Part shown: in pieces, positions 27,327 to 42,247 of the stretch | How positions within the stretch are numbered: position 1 is the first letter of the stretch | Layout of the letters: every line of letters begins with the position of its first letter | Notes under the pieces: generated by a model | The model's database searches: none | What the model was told of the DNA's origin: nothing | What the model saw: the letters and a program-made list of their open reading frames with translations, nothing else | Translations under genes and position numbers: made by a program | Origin: Callorhinchus milii | Lineage: Eukaryota | Assembly: GCF_018977255.1 (NCBI RefSeq) | Contig: NW_024704743.1 | Span: 23,934,001-23,998,000 of the forward strand | Reading direction: 5' to 3' | DNA length: 64,000 bases

Positions 27327-30300
27327 GTGAGGCCGGCAATTCATTTCTGTAGCTCCTCCAGTGAGTGTGGCCAAGGCTCTCAGGAACACTGTCAGACTGA
27401 TACCGTACAGCGTCCCAGAAATGAACTGTTGCTTTTTCATGAGGATGCTCTCAGTCACCTTGGGTCTAATTTAAGTTACGCAGCAACTGTCACATAGGAG
27501 GAACATAATACTTCAGCGATTACAGGTGATGGAAAGGTGATGCATTTTGTTCCACTAATGAGCCAACATTGCTTCCAGCAGCTCCAGGGTGGTTTTGAAG
27601 TGTATTCAGGGTGATCCAACCAGGAGCTGCCTGGTAAAATGGTTTACTAATGAGCAATGTGATGCCTAACAGTGGGTAAGAACCTCCACCCCTCAGGCCT
27701 GGCTAAATGGTTCTCATTATCTCAATATCATATTGTTGGGATTATGTGATAATGAAGAGTAGCAGGAGCTAAATAAACAGCTGCATCTTCTCCCCTCTCT
27801 GCGGTCACCCACACCTTCTGTCAGTCACTTCAACCAATTAAAAAGCTAGAACAAACTAAAGCTTGCAATGCCAGTTTCACTGATGCAGCATGACACGTAG
27901 GGGGAGGAGACCTTTCAAAGACCCCAGTTTGAAGCATTGTTATTTCTTGCTGGGTACAGCATGCAAGACAGGTGTTCAATAACCTGAAACAACATGTAGC
28001 TCGTAGGTGTATTTTAGGAAAAAGTAATAAATACAAATTTGAGGCAAAGATGCTGACTTTAGCTTGCCCTGCATTTTGTATCTATAATGTCCAAACGATT
28101 GACAGAGATTTGCTTCAGTGAGACATTGTGTGCAAATTGGCTGTCGCATTCACCTACAAATGCACTTACATTACAAGAATGCGACAGCCATTTGCACACA
28201 ACATGGTCCCACTAACAGCCATGAAGTGAAGGATCAATTTTTCCATAGGATTGTTGGCCAGTACACCTGGAGAAGAACTAGCTTTTCTTTTTAACTTGTG
28301 TCACAGGATCTTCAACATTTACCATCTTCTGAATCATCTTTTGATCAAAAATATTTTTTTAACACTTCTACAAAAAATGGAACGATGAGAGGTGCCAGGG
28401 CTAATGATCATTCTTTGGAAGTGGTTGATACGAGTACTGAAGATCTTTGTTTATATCTGTGAAAAGAAATACCATATGGGGCACTGCCACCATGGAACTG
28501 TAACTTGGGGGAATCACTGCTGAGCAGAGCACTAACCAGCCAAAACAAAACAGGCAAGGGGAAACAGCAGCCATGATTCCACCTTGAAAACCAGTTGTAG
28601 CATAAACAGGCACAAAGTTAATCTAGTGTCTACGTTGAAGCTAAATGAGGTGTTAAAACCTGATAACAGCTTGAGGTCTCTTGCAACCGGCTGTAGAATG
28701 AGCAGGACAGACGAAGTGCAAGAGGTGTGGTGTCACATCCCAAGGCAGATCTCATGGTCAATGAAGGGACAAGACTAATTCTCAGAGGGGGAAATTGTCA
28801 GGGTTAATAATATGGGTGGAAATCTGTGACAGGAAAAGTAGCAAAGTACTAATGGAAACTGCTGCAGACCTCTTGAACAAAGTGATCAAATTGACATATA
28901 ACAGTTTGAGCACATTAAAGGGGATTCTGAGAAAGAGAAAGTAGGAATGGTCAGTGACAGAATTGCATAATTAAAGAGGATAGAAAAGGGGTCACACCTA
29001 AGAGGCGACGGCAACTCATGGAGCTTGACTTGACATGTTAGATTCCGCATCAGGGAGCTAAGGCAGAGGCCACAGCATATCTGACACCGAGCAATAAATA
29101 TGGGAAGTTACTCAATTTGAAAACTGAGGCACACTGGTTAGTTGTCATTCAAATTGAATGTTGACGTCCAGATAACTGCAAGCCATTATGAACAGGCCAA
29201 CATCAAGAAGAGTAAATGTTGCTGTTGTGAAGGGAAACCTGAAGGGGAATCACTGGGGAGATATGTTTGACAAGAGGAAATAATTACTTTTTTCAGGCAT
29301 GCAGTGCAAGAGGCAAAAAACTTTAAGGGACCAAAAAGAAAAGCAGTAATAGATTACAGTGTCCTCGGGATTACAGTGTCCTAGGGAAATGTCATTATGT
29401 TGGCATGCTAAAGGCAGACAAAGTATTAAAGAACAACTGTGACCCTCTCAAGGGTGGGAGGGGAGCTGAGGGAGGGGAAAGCAGCTGCATGGCTAAACCT
29501 TTTAAGTAAATTCTCATCAGCATTCGCAACAGAAGAGTGTTGCTAAAGCCTGTGAACAAGTTGTCAGAGAATACTTCTGAGAACATAATAAAAAAACGAG
29601 AATCGTGAAAGGACTTGTAATCAAGACATTAGAGTAATTGAAGGGCAGCAAGGCATCCGAACCAGATGGAAAACATCCAAGATGACTGAATGAAATGAAG
29701 GGTCACCGAGCCTGTTCTAGCTCACATTGGAGCTGTTTTAACCTTTGCTGTGCTGTGCACTGCTGATCTTAACAGTGGGGTTACCACCACTGAGAAACAC
29801 CAGGAGGTAGCATTTCTCGATTTGAAGAATGGCTTCATTTTATCATCGATGATACCAGTTTTTCATAAGTGTATTGCTAGGCAGGTGGTGGAATCCAGGA
29901 TTTAGAGGAAAAAGTTATTTAAAAACTAAACGAATAGGCCTAAATTAGGATATATTCAATGGATATGAAGGAAAATTTCAGATTTAAAATTAACACAAAG
30001 CAAATCTGGTTTGTGACTATCAAAGTAGATCTACTTTGTCCTGTGAATTTAAAACAATAATAATAATTCTTACATTTCAGAGGATGACTGAAAGTGCCTC
30101 ACAGGATTCACTGAAAAATACACTAGAATACATTAGAATATACAGCACAGAAACAGGCCATTCGGCCCAACTGGTCTATGCCGGTATGTGTAGTGACTGT
30201 GTATTAGGTAGCAGAACTCAGCAGCCATTGTGTATGCAGCAATATCACACAAACAGCCATGGAGTGAATGATCAATTTTATCTTGACCAGGAAAGTGGGA

Positions 30301-32114
30301 GAAATTCCCTTTTTGAATATTGCCATTGGGTAATGGGGTCTGTACACCTAAACAGACAGATGTTTATTGGCAGACTTAACATTATTTTTTCACTCATGGA
30401 ATAAAGAATATCTTAGCATGAGTGAGCAGTCTATGTTGGACCTGAAAATTCAGCTGGTGTTAATTTTGAGACAATTGTCTTACAACTGAACATTGTGCAG
30501 AATTTTGACAACCCTGTTTGAGTGATAGTTTTCTGCAAGTCTTTTTAAGAACTGTGAAAAACTATTTTCCAAAATAGGATTAATTTAAGAATTTTTCCAA
30601 AATGTTGGTCTTAGTTTTTTAAGAGCATAATCATAAGGCTAAGACCAGGTGAAATTTTAAACTTCTGAGCTGTCTGCTTTAATTGTCCCCTTTGAATGCA
30701 TCATCTATGTATGCAAGTTCATGAATTTTAGTTGACATTTCTAACTGCAATATCATCATGGACACAGTGATAGACATCTCACACATCAGTAATAAATAAC
30801 TCTGAGCTGCATTGAACTAGTGAATGAGTCTTGTGATGAGAAGGTGTAGAGGTTTGCCCTGGTACAGGCTGTGAGCCTGACACCAGAATCAGGGTCACTA
30901 TTTCCTGACTGCTAGGTTGATAAATAGCCAGACGACCAGAACCTCAGCGTCCAACACAATGAAAAGATTTTCCAGATATAAAAGAAAGTAAGCTTGAAAT
31001 TGTTCCTGGTACAAGCTCACAGTAAACCTTTGTTGATACTTTAACATTTTAAGCAGATTGGAACGGCCGCCCTCAGCCAGCACAGCCCCGACAGGAAATT
31101 TAATTTCATGGCCCGTGGAGATGCATTTTTTTTTCAGGTGGCTGAATTATGTTTTTATTGAAATTTCAGAAGGCTGCTTGAATTTCTAGCTAAAGGTCAG
31201 GTGGATTTACTACCTTTGAAAAGTCTAGCATTTCTTGGCTTCTGATAAATGCCAATAGTGGCCATAGTTGCATTTGAATCCTTGGATTTCAACTCAAGAG
31301 GCTCTGAAATGTGAACGTTACTCACACAGACTTGTGTTTCTACTCGTTGCCCTCCTTTTCTCGGGCAATATTTGGCTGAATGTAATAACAGACATTTTAA
31401 ACTTACATGGATCAATTCACAAGAGGAGGCCAGGAGATTTGCTTTGCTTTTTTTGCTTTAATCATTTGTAACTCTTGGCAATAAAGTACAGAGGAGAATG
31501 ACAACTGTAAAGAGAGAAAAAAAGTAACAGGCCAAGAAAAAAGTCACAGCCAATCACCTTGGAAGCAATCACCTTCAGTTTTCTTTGTGATTTATAATAA
31601 TAATCTTGCGTTTGATATCACATTGTCAAAATGTCTCAAAGCGTTCACAGGATATACTGTAAAATGATTGACTGTTTTTGTGGGCGAAACTTGGCAGCCA
31701 ATTTGCACAGAACAATGTCCCACAAACAGTCATGGAGTGAGTGACCAATTTGCTTTGAGGGACTTGTTGGCCAAAACACCAGGAGGAACTCCCTTCTCTT
31801 ATTAAATAATGCCATGGGATTATAAATCTAATGCCATGGGATTATAAATTATAAAACTCTTATTAAATAATGCCATCCACCTGAACAGGCGGACAGATGA
31901 CCTCAGTTTAATGTTTTTCCGGCCAAAGTAGGCAGGGATAACATAACAAACATCCACCAAACCCAAACCAATCAGTCAAAACCAAAAAGTATCAGACATA
32001 TCTAAATAGGTCTTTGGGAAGTATTTAAGAAATTATACAACCTTGTAATACTGTGCCCCTCTACTCTCAGATTTCCAGTAGCTTTTTCTCTTCATCTCTT
32101 CAAATTTTTGTAGG

Positions 32115-32710
32115 TGTGTCAGCCTGGCCCAGATTGTAGGGCTCTTGCCCATGAGTCAGAAGGTTGTGGTTTCAATTCTCACATCAGAACTTCAGACTCA
32201 TACAGTCTCAGCTGACACTCCAAAGCAATGCTGGGGAACGTGCTGCATTGTTGGAGGTGCCATCCTTCAGTTGAGACGTCAAACCATCTTCTGTTTAGGT
32301 GGTTAAAGATCCCGTGGCATTATTCGAAAAGAGGAGGGTGTTTCTTCTGATATCCTGTTGGGAACCCCCCCCCCCCAAATAAAATTGATCATTTACTGTT
32401 ATTGTTTGTGTGTGTAAATTAGCGGCTGGGTCCACCTACCAAATACAATCACAACATTCTGAAGTGAATTCTGTGCAGTGCTTTGAGATATCTCGACAAT
32501 GTGATAACCTTGACATCAAAATTCAAGGGTTATTATATAAAAAATAATCATTCATTTGATACAGTGCTATTCACATCAGTAGGATGTCTCAAAGCACTTC
32601 ACGTAATTTACTGTAATATCTAGTGACTGTGTATTGTGTAGGCGAATTGGTGCACAGCAATGTCCCACAAACAGCTAAGAAGTGAATGACCATTTTATTT
32701 AGGGGATTCT
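32115..32710. mobile_element. Long Deu-domain SINE (+, 32115-32540) tail-to-tail with a second SINE 3' part (-, 32545-32710)
   Basis: Head tcagcctggcccagattgtagggctcttgcccatgagtcagaaggttgtggtttcaa, followed by the central and tail motifs. Confidence 0.8.
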
Positions 32711-34934
32711 ATCTGTGAGTAGTGTCCCCACATCTGAGTCTCTAAGAAGTGCCCTCATAACCCTAACATTGATATTGAATGCTTTGTTTAGTTATCCATG
32801 TGTGCTGTTTTCCAATTTAGATTAAACATCACTGAACTATTGTTACTTCTATGCCCAGATTGGTGTCTGAGTTATTGAATGGAGCTAAATCTTGGAGAGA
32901 CCTGCCCCTTGTAGACCCCTGACATATTCACTTAGGAAACGGCCATGAACTGCATTGACCTTCCCTGGCAATGAGGTCTTCCCTAAAGAAGTAGATTGGT
33001 GTCCACAGCTCCTGCTTCTCTTAAAGTCCAAAGTTCTTTTTTCCTCCTTAACCCTTTGTGTTTCCAACACCTAATGGGAATGGTATAAGGACAGGACAAG
33101 GAGACAAAGAGACTGCGAAATGGAACGTACTCGCTGAATGTGCTAGAGAGAATGTTTTGCTGTCCCATGCCTCATATTTCTTGCAGTAGGCCCTTATTTG
33201 CAGTATTCACAAAGGGATTGGGAATCAGGAAACAGATGCCTTGGTTGGCTTCAGCAGTAAAATTACATCAATGATTTCCAATAGGCAACCAAAGTGCCAA
33301 AGAGAGATCAAAGAGCAACAGAACATCTTCCCTTTGATTCTTCCGTCTTTTTTACTGTACACACTTTGACTTCTATCAGAAGACGCCAAATGCATTCTAA
33401 CCTCATAGACATGGAACTCACGTCATCCAGGCTGACACTTCAATGCAATACTAGGGGCTGTACTGCATTGTCAGAGATGCCGTTCTTTAGATGAGACATT
33501 AAACCAAAGTGTTGTTTCCTATCCAGGTAGACGTTAAAGATGCCGTGGCACTAATCGAAAAAAGAAGGGAGTTTCTCCCAGGGTCCTGGCCAACAATCCT
33601 CCAAATAAAATTGATCATTCTCCTCATGCCTGTTTGTGGAAAGAATTGTGGGACAAATTGGCTGCCGCATTCACCCCCAAAATACGCAAATACTTATGCA
33701 CCATGTATGCTCTCAATGTGAAAGGCACTATATCAAATGTAAAGATTATTATTATTAATAATGGTATTATTATTTTGATAACTTCTGAGACTGACCAAGA
33801 AAGCTCATGTATCACTTCCCACCTCATTTGTGACTATCCCAAATTAGATATCACTCTCCATTACCTTGTAGACCTTCCTTAGTGATAAGCTGGACTTCTC
33901 CAATGAGACTGTGATGTGTGCATAGTATCTCAAGTACATTGGAGACTTGCAGTGATAGAAAAAGGTCACTCCATCAAGAGAACTCAGTTCTTTAGAGCAG
34001 TACGAGTGGAAATCATTATAATTCCACAGCCACCTACCACATTAACAGACTGAGAGTAAGCTTCTGTCTGATTGAGACAGTGATGGCCTACTATGGCATA
34101 TGAAAAGAGGAGGGATAATTTGTTGAGTCAGGCTATAAAGCAAGGAGTTACAGCATGAAAGTACCATGCTTTACAAATGTAATTTTGTATTGTATTTTAG
34201 TTCCATTTTTCTAGTTATAACTCGGCCTTCTTGGTGATTTTTGTAGGCAAACAGAGAAGTCTATTTGCACCCCACAATGTTTCGCAAACAGCCTGGAGTT
34301 AACGACCAATTTATATGGGGGATTGTTGGCCAAGACACTGGGGGAAAACTTCTTTTTTATCACATGATGTTAGATACCTGGGAAATTAATTAAAACTGCT
34401 TGTCACCGATAAAGTTAAAGAAGAGGGTATATAGTAGACCATTGTCATGTCTCCACCTTAAGCTGTAGTTTCCTCTTCCTTATGATTTTATGATTCTAAT
34501 GGGCTGAAATTCCATAGCTGCATTGATGATGTCAGCCACAAATGGGATTTCTCCATTAAAATCACATATCACCCCAGAGACGCTACGCAGAGCAGGGTAA
34601 ATAGTGAGTTGTCCCAGGCCTCTCCTCGCAAGTTAGCTGCTGAAAGAGTGACCAGGAGGTGAGTTGTTTCCCAGTTTTCCCACCATCTGGGGAGAAGTGG
34701 CCCTTTGCCTCCTAAATTTACGTTTCAAGGCATTTATGCATATTGTAGAAAGCAGTTTGCTTTGCTACAGGACCACCAGTTCTGTCCCTTCTCATACTAA
34801 TACACAGTCACTACACTCACCAGTAATTACTGTAAGGTGCTTTGAGATGTTTTGACATTATAGGGACCATCTTAAATGCAAGGATTACTTTTTCTTTAGT
34901 TTGAAAGTTCCCCACATTCCATGAGAAGCACATG

Positions 34935-35348
34935 TTCAGACACAAACACGCACTGACACATACACAACACATACACAATGCACACAAACATACAGAACAC
35001 CACACTCACACATACACAACACACACACATATACAACACACACTGACACGTACACAACATGCACACATACACACACTGACATGTACACAACATAAATACA
35101 TACACAACACACACATATACACAACGTATATACCACAGCGTACATACACAACACACACATACACAACACACACATATGTACAACGCACACTAACACATAC
35201 ATACATACATAACACACACATATACACAACACATACATACACAAGACACAAACAAAAGACACATACACATGCACAACAAATACACAACAAACAAATACAC
35301 AACACATACACAACATATATTCACAAATACACTCAAAAACACACACAA
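34935..35348. repeat. Degenerate (CA/TA)-rich low-complexity array
   Basis: About 410 bp of variants such as acacatatacacaac. It produces the His/Thr and Val/Cys pseudo-ORFs in the track. Confidence 0.95.
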
Positions 35349-36396
35349 ACGAAGCTGTGCCTTACGCATCGCCCATAATTCACACTCGCAGAGGTTGCTC
35401 GGCCAGGAAGGATTGCTTCATTTAATCCGTGAGTTTGTGATAGAACAAACTTTACCATGTTTGTTCATCAATTGTATGTTTTTATTCAGACAACTTTGAG
35501 CTGTGAAATAAACAAATCCCTCCAATGTAACACAAAGGGGTATAGGGTGCTTGACATTGTCCATGACATCAATAAGGGAATAATTACTGCATACATATGT
35601 TTATCTCCGCACTGGCAGCAGCAGATTGTGTAGGAGATGGCAGGAGAGTGACGCAGGGAATATGATTCACATTGTTTGATGGAGCGGCTTAGACGTATCT
35701 CTTTATTATTGGTATGAAAAGTGAAGATGCAAGTTCCTTCACCACAGCAGTCTTACAAATTACAAAGACTTGATCTGGGTCTTCTGAACCAGCCAAAGAG
35801 ATTGAAAAAAAAATCTAAATATAGATCCTTGCGAGAGCATCTCTTTCATGGCTTGGAGTAGTTACTGAGTTTGAATTAATGCATGCAGAATGGCTCTACT
35901 GAGATGCCACATTTCATGTGGAACTTTTAGTTGAAGTGAAATTGGAAAATTATTTTTTGATGTAGATCTGAGAGTTTTCCTTTTATTTTGAAACTGGTTT
36001 TATTTAATCTCCTCCTACCCTGTAACCATGCAGTATTCTCAGGCCAAGGAGGGAACTGTGGACCTGCTCCCAGGCATCTGCTCTAGCAGCTCCAGAGCTA
36101 GTGACTGGAGATGAGAAATCACTCTCCTACTCTCTCACCTGGCCTGTGGGAAATCCTCTGGTTTTACTCGGGGTCTCCTCCTGTTGGTATGAGTTCATTG
36201 AATCACTGCATTACCTTACCTAGATATGAGGAGGCAGGGAATAGACGGGCATGGGAGAGGGGATCAGGAGAGGTGGAGGCTCATGTGAAACATGAACAAT
36301 GACACATATTAGTTGGACTCAAGGACTGTTTCAGTGTTGTAAACTTCCATGGAATCCAATGAAATAGTTTGAGATGTTTTGATGCTTTGTTTTGAT

Positions 36397-36743
36397 GGAG
36401 TCCTGTGGCATAGTGTTTTAGGGCATGTGCCTCGCAAGCGTGAGGACCTGGGTTTGATTCCTGGCAGGGCAAAACGTTGGGCATGTTTCCTTACTCCACA
36501 TGCCTCTGTTTACTGAGCACTAAGTAGGAACCTGGTTGTTTATCGATTGGCGGATCACTTTTCTGGGAGGAATAATTCTTTCACAAAAAAAAGTGGTCAC
36601 TCAATCCACGACTGTGTGTAGGACACTGCTGTGTGCAGTTGGTTGCTGAGGTTCACCCATATATTCTGCGAAAGGCTTTGAGACATCTTGAAGACATGAT
36701 AAGGTGCTATATCAAATGCAAGAATTATTATTATTATTATTAT
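36397..36743 (+). mobile_element. tRNA-headed SINE, long variant, full length
   Basis: Starts ggagtcctgtggcatagtg and ends in an (att)n tail. atgcttt on both sides may be a decayed target-site duplication. Confidence 0.9.
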
Positions 36744-37140
36744 ATGCTTTATATTAGTGGTAGTATGTGTGGCTAGAAATTAGCATTTGCCACTCAGTGG
36801 TATTATGCTTTGGATCACCAATTCTGCAACATCATACCAAATCTATATTTAAAATCATTTGGTCATTAACTTCAAGCCTGTGTGTAGAACGTGGCTTTCC
36901 ACAGATTGGCTGCCATGTTCATCTACAAATACACAGTTAGTTACACAGGTCCAAAACACTGACTGTCCAGTGCCTTGGGACGTCCTCCTGATGTGAAAGG
37001 CGCGAAACAAATCTAATTTTGTTGCTGCTGCTGTTGTTACTTTGCTCTACGATAATTATCTTTGAAGCGCTTTGAGCCATTTCAAAGTGGTTGGTATTAT
37101 GTCAATTGAGGGATTATTAGTTTGGTGGAGTTTGTCTTGA

Positions 37141-37806
37141 ACAACAACAACAACAAAATTACATTTATGGAGCACCTTTCACGTTGGGAGGACATCCCAA
37201 AGCGCTGAACAGTCAGGTTTCAGGGCCCGAGCATGGGGGAAGGGTGGTGTAGGGGTGAGGGAAGGCAGAGAGGTGGGAGGGCGACCAAAGGCATGGTCGA
37301 AGAGAAGGATCTTGAAATCGGCATTGAAGGAGGCAAGGGAAGAAGTGAGGCGAAGGGACCATGGGATGGAGTTCCAGAGTGTGGGGGCAGAGGTTGAAAG
37401 CCCGGCCACCAATGGTAGGGCGGGTCGAGCGGGAGACATGGAGCAGACCGCAGCCCGCTGAACGGAGGAGCGGGCAGGTTGGTAGGGAGTCCGCAGGTCA
37501 GAGAGGTAGGAGGGGGCAAGGCCATGGATAGCCTTGAAAATGAGGACGAGGATCTTGAATTCGATCCTCTGGGGAATGGGGAGCCAGTCGAGTCGGGCGA
37601 GGGTGGGAGTGATGGCGTTATGAAGCCTGGTGCATGAGAGTACACGAGCTGCAGAGTTTTGGATGATCTGTAGCTTGTGAAGTGAAGAGTTGGGAAGGCC
37701 GATGAGGAGGGAGTTCCCGTAGTCGAGCCTTGATGTGACGAATGCGTGGGTGAGTGTTTCAGCAGCCTGAGGGGTGAGGCAGTGGCGGAGTCTGACAATG
37801 TTGCGT
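37141..37806 (-). mobile_element. L2-clade LINE 3' fragment, same family as 12952-13871
   Basis: ORF 37179-37826 reads HAFVTSRLDYGNSLLIG...KLQIIQNSAARVL...LDWLPIPQRIEFKIL. (CAA)n tail at 37141. Confidence 0.93.
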
Positions 37807-37856
37807 TGAATCAAAAATTTAAGCATTCCTCATTTGCAGAAGACATTGGAAAGTGA

Positions 37857-38276
<420 letters not shown>

Positions 38277-39279
38277 TGAAGTGCGTTATATGAATACAAC
38301 TTGCTGTTCTGCTGTTATTACTTTGTTCAGGTATTACTTTTACACATGGCTTATACATGGCATATAATAGACCTTGTCTGTCTCCAAAAGACACGCACTT
38401 GACACATATTTTCATGTGGGACACACATCTGTGGGTCCTAACCCTCTTTTTCTTGAAGTAAACGTCAGTCCTGTTACTCTGCTTGTAAAGAATGTGAATG
38501 GATCCAGTGGAGCGAGCAAGCTGTGCTTCATTTCGTCATACCACAGTTGTCTCAGAATAAAAATCTTGAGGTTTCTTTTGTTGTTTTGTTTTATTTCACC
38601 CTTGTGCCCTTGGCGAACATTTCCCCAGCTTTGTGGGGTCATTGAGTAGAGGGTTTGGTCAGAACAAGTTATTGGCAGAAATATTTTTTAAAAAAAAGAC
38701 TCCAAACACACAGCAGGTCAAACAGACCCTGAGAATATTACTGTTGAAAAGTCCCACCCAAATCATTTACTTATTGTTTTACCTAAGATGCTGTTTACAG
38801 TGGTTTTCAACCATTTTCTGTTATCGTGTCAGATTTAATTTCCAACTCTCAAAATAGTTTACAATCCTGTTTTTCATTATAACAGGTAATGACTGTGTTT
38901 CATGTGACAACTTTTTCTGGAAAATTACTGGAATGCATCAAAACACAGATAAGGATATATGCTTGTATGTTTCTGTCTATCTGTTAGTAAAGATGAAATA
39001 ATGTTATCCGGCTCTATTTGGGCATCAGTTCCTGACACATAATTTTGCACCAAATGTTGCACTAAATTGGCAAACTCACTCAGACAGCCATGAGAATAAC
39101 TGAAGTAGGAACTGGAAAGATTCTTATTTGTGCAGCAGGGAGTGTTCTTCTAAGAATAGGGTAAAGGCACCTGGCTGGCCCTGAGAAGAGGGGACATTCC
39201 ACTCCATCAGCCTGGTTGACCAGGTATTGCTAAATGCAGATATAGCTCCAAAAATCAGAATAGAATCTGCTAATAGAAT

Positions 39280-39992
39280 AATAATAGTAATAATAATCCT
39301 TACATTTGATGTAGCACTTTATTGAGTCTTCAAGACGTCTCAAAGCGCTTCACAGAATATATCGTTAAGTAAATTGACGGTATATTTTGTGGACATTTAT
39401 ATTCAATACAGTGGCTTTCACATTGGGAGAACGTCTCAAAGCACTTCACAGGATACACTTCACAGGATATACTGTAAAGTTAGTGACTACGCATTTTGTA
39501 GGCAAACACAGCAGCCAGATTGCGCGCAGCAGCCAGATTGCGCACAGCAATATCCCAGGAACAGCATTTCTTCTTATTATTATTTATTCTTATTCTTATT
39601 CTTATTATTATTTCTTCTTATTATTATTTCTTATGCTCTTATGTAGAGAGGCACTGAAAGTAATTTTGCAGACATCTTCCAGACGTCAACGCGCTTCACA
39701 GGATATACTGTAAAGTGAATTGACTGTATATTTCTGGGCGAAATGCGGCAGTCAATCGCGCAGCGCAGTGTCCCACAAACAGTCGTGGATTGAGTGACTA
39801 AATTTTTTTTTGAGGAATTATTATCTCCGGAAAAGCGATCCGTCAATCAACTAACAACCGGGTTCTTACTTACTGCTAGGTAAACAGAGTCGTGTGGAAT
39901 GAGGAAACTTGCCCAACATTTCGCCCTGCCGGGAATAGAACCCAGGTCTCTTGACTGCAGGCTAGTGCTCTAACCACTGAGCTACAGGACTT
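39280..39992 (-). mobile_element. Cluster of three same-orientation SINE copies: two tail fragments and a near-full copy at about 39670-39992
   Basis: Repeated gtctcaaagc(g/a)cttcacag(a/g)ata motif, with the head complement ctctaaccactgagctacaggact at 39968-39991. Confidence 0.88.
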
Positions 39993-41652
39993 CATGACTA
40001 TATTCAGGATTATATTCATGAGGATGTCAAACCTATAATTCCTGCTTTATCTGAAATGGCATTAAAGAGGGATCCGCTGAAAGCTTCTTGTATTTTATTT
40101 GTGGTTACTGATTTATCTGGCTTTGTATTAAACATCTGGAAAGGCGGTGACAGGAATACACGAACATCAGCGAATAGACACAGTGCTGCTACTTCTTCAG
40201 CAAAGGAGCAATAGTGATCAGTAGTGAGCAACATTGCTGGAGAGGAGATATGAGGATGGACTCCCAAGTTTCATAATGCTTACTGCTCCTATTATAAATA
40301 GTCAATATTTTTATAAATTTCATTTGTTTCTCTTCCCAGCGCTCCCCTGTCAACACACACGCAAACGCCACAGTACTGACCGAGTGAGATCTTGTCTGCC
40401 TACTGAGTGACAAGTAATTCTTGTTGCATACACAGTATGTCAGTTCATGAGCTTTATTTCACTTGCTTTAAAATAAATTCACGCTTTTTTTCCCAATTTC
40501 CATGCAGCAATGAAGTGAATGATCAATTTTATCTGGGAAATTGTTAGCCAGGACACTATAAACCTGAAGTTGGGACTTGGAGCTCACGTAGTCTAGGCTG
40601 ATACACCAATACATTGCTGCATTATCAAAGGTGCCATCCTTTGGGTGAGATATTCAGATGGATGTTAAAAATCCCATGGCACTATTTGAAGAGAAGGAAG
40701 TTTCTTCCTATGTTCTGGCCCTGGCCCCTCTCATGTGAATTACAATAACACAAGTATTTCTCCCTTGGTCTGTGAATAACATATCACAAGTGTTCCTGCT
40801 TTGATCTGATAAAGGTTACCAAGCAGAATGCACCCTGAAGAAAACAAATCAAAATTGTGTGCTTTTTATATTCGACCGAGACCTCTGAATTAACATTGCT
40901 GGATACCAGGGTGTGTTTAGCTTGTGACTGAAGGACTCCAGGGGCAGCTGGCACAAGAGAGAACTTAAACTAAGACCAAACACTTATCTTAAGTTTTCAG
41001 AAGGTCTTACCTCAGGGTAAGACCAAGCTCAGAGGAGAATCTTATTGTCATTACTCTTGACTGACAACAGAACCGGCTATCCTCAACTACAAAATGACAA
41101 CTTCACTTCACAGTGCTGGCAGGGATTCCGAGCTGGGGGTGGGGAGAGCAGAGGAAGGAGGGGGAAGGTAAACAAAAGCCTAGTGAAAAAGAAACGTTTT
41201 TCTATTTTAGTTTTTCTACTATGCACTTGAAAAACAAAGCTGTCATCCCGATTGTTTCTGGCCAGCCCTGGGAGGTACACACACTTCGTTGGATAGCCCT
41301 CTGAGTTGTGTGTCAAGACCTATCCTTCCACTTAAGATTCCCAATATAACCTTGGAGCAAATGAAGATTCACATCAAGACGCTTTTCTTGTTTTTCTGTG
41401 TCTGTTGGTGAGCTCAGGTTTGGACAGATCCGCACCTCCTGCTGTTTCAAAAAAAGAGGAAATGAGGCCAGAATCTAATGGCACAGAAAATGGTCTCCCC
41501 TTTGCAAGTTTTAGCTTGTAAATGTAATGGTACTGTCAGTGTTATTATCTAAACTTAATAACAGTCAGAATATGGCCTGCCAGTGTGCAGTGTGCAGGTA
41601 CCCAGCGCTTTGAGACATCCACCCCCAAATGAAAGGTGTTATATAAATGTAA

Positions 41653-41850
<198 letters not shown>

Positions 41851-42247
41851 TAAGAAAAGTCGGGATCTCCCAGTCTATTAGAGAACAAATATTATACTAC
41901 ATATATACTACATATATGTAGGGGCGATGGTAAAAGTGGAAGGAAATATCTGAATACAAAATATAGCTGAGTGCCGTGATACCAAGGTTGCAGTGTAAGA
42001 TTGAACCTCGGGGGAACTTTAAATCCTTTTTGCTGTGTCTAAATTGTGTTAATCTTATGGAACACTCTTTTATTCCTTATTCCTTATCAAATAAATCTTC
42101 CATAGCTTCTAGGAGTCAATGTATGAAATAAAAAGAAATCTAGATCTCAGGGCAAGCTTGAAATTAATCAGTATTGATTTGTGATTTAAAAAAAAATTCA
42201 ATCTGGGGGTTCTCACTATCTGGAAGTCAGTGAATTGCTATTTGACG

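Noticed and set aside
28790..29390. Possible CR1 endonuclease or ORF1 remnant (IWVEICDRKSSKVLM)
   Set aside because: The similarity is too short and degraded to call without an alignment.
34817..35499. His/Thr-rich and Val/Cys-rich ORFs up to 148 aa
   Set aside because: They are translations of a CA-rich low-complexity array on both strands.
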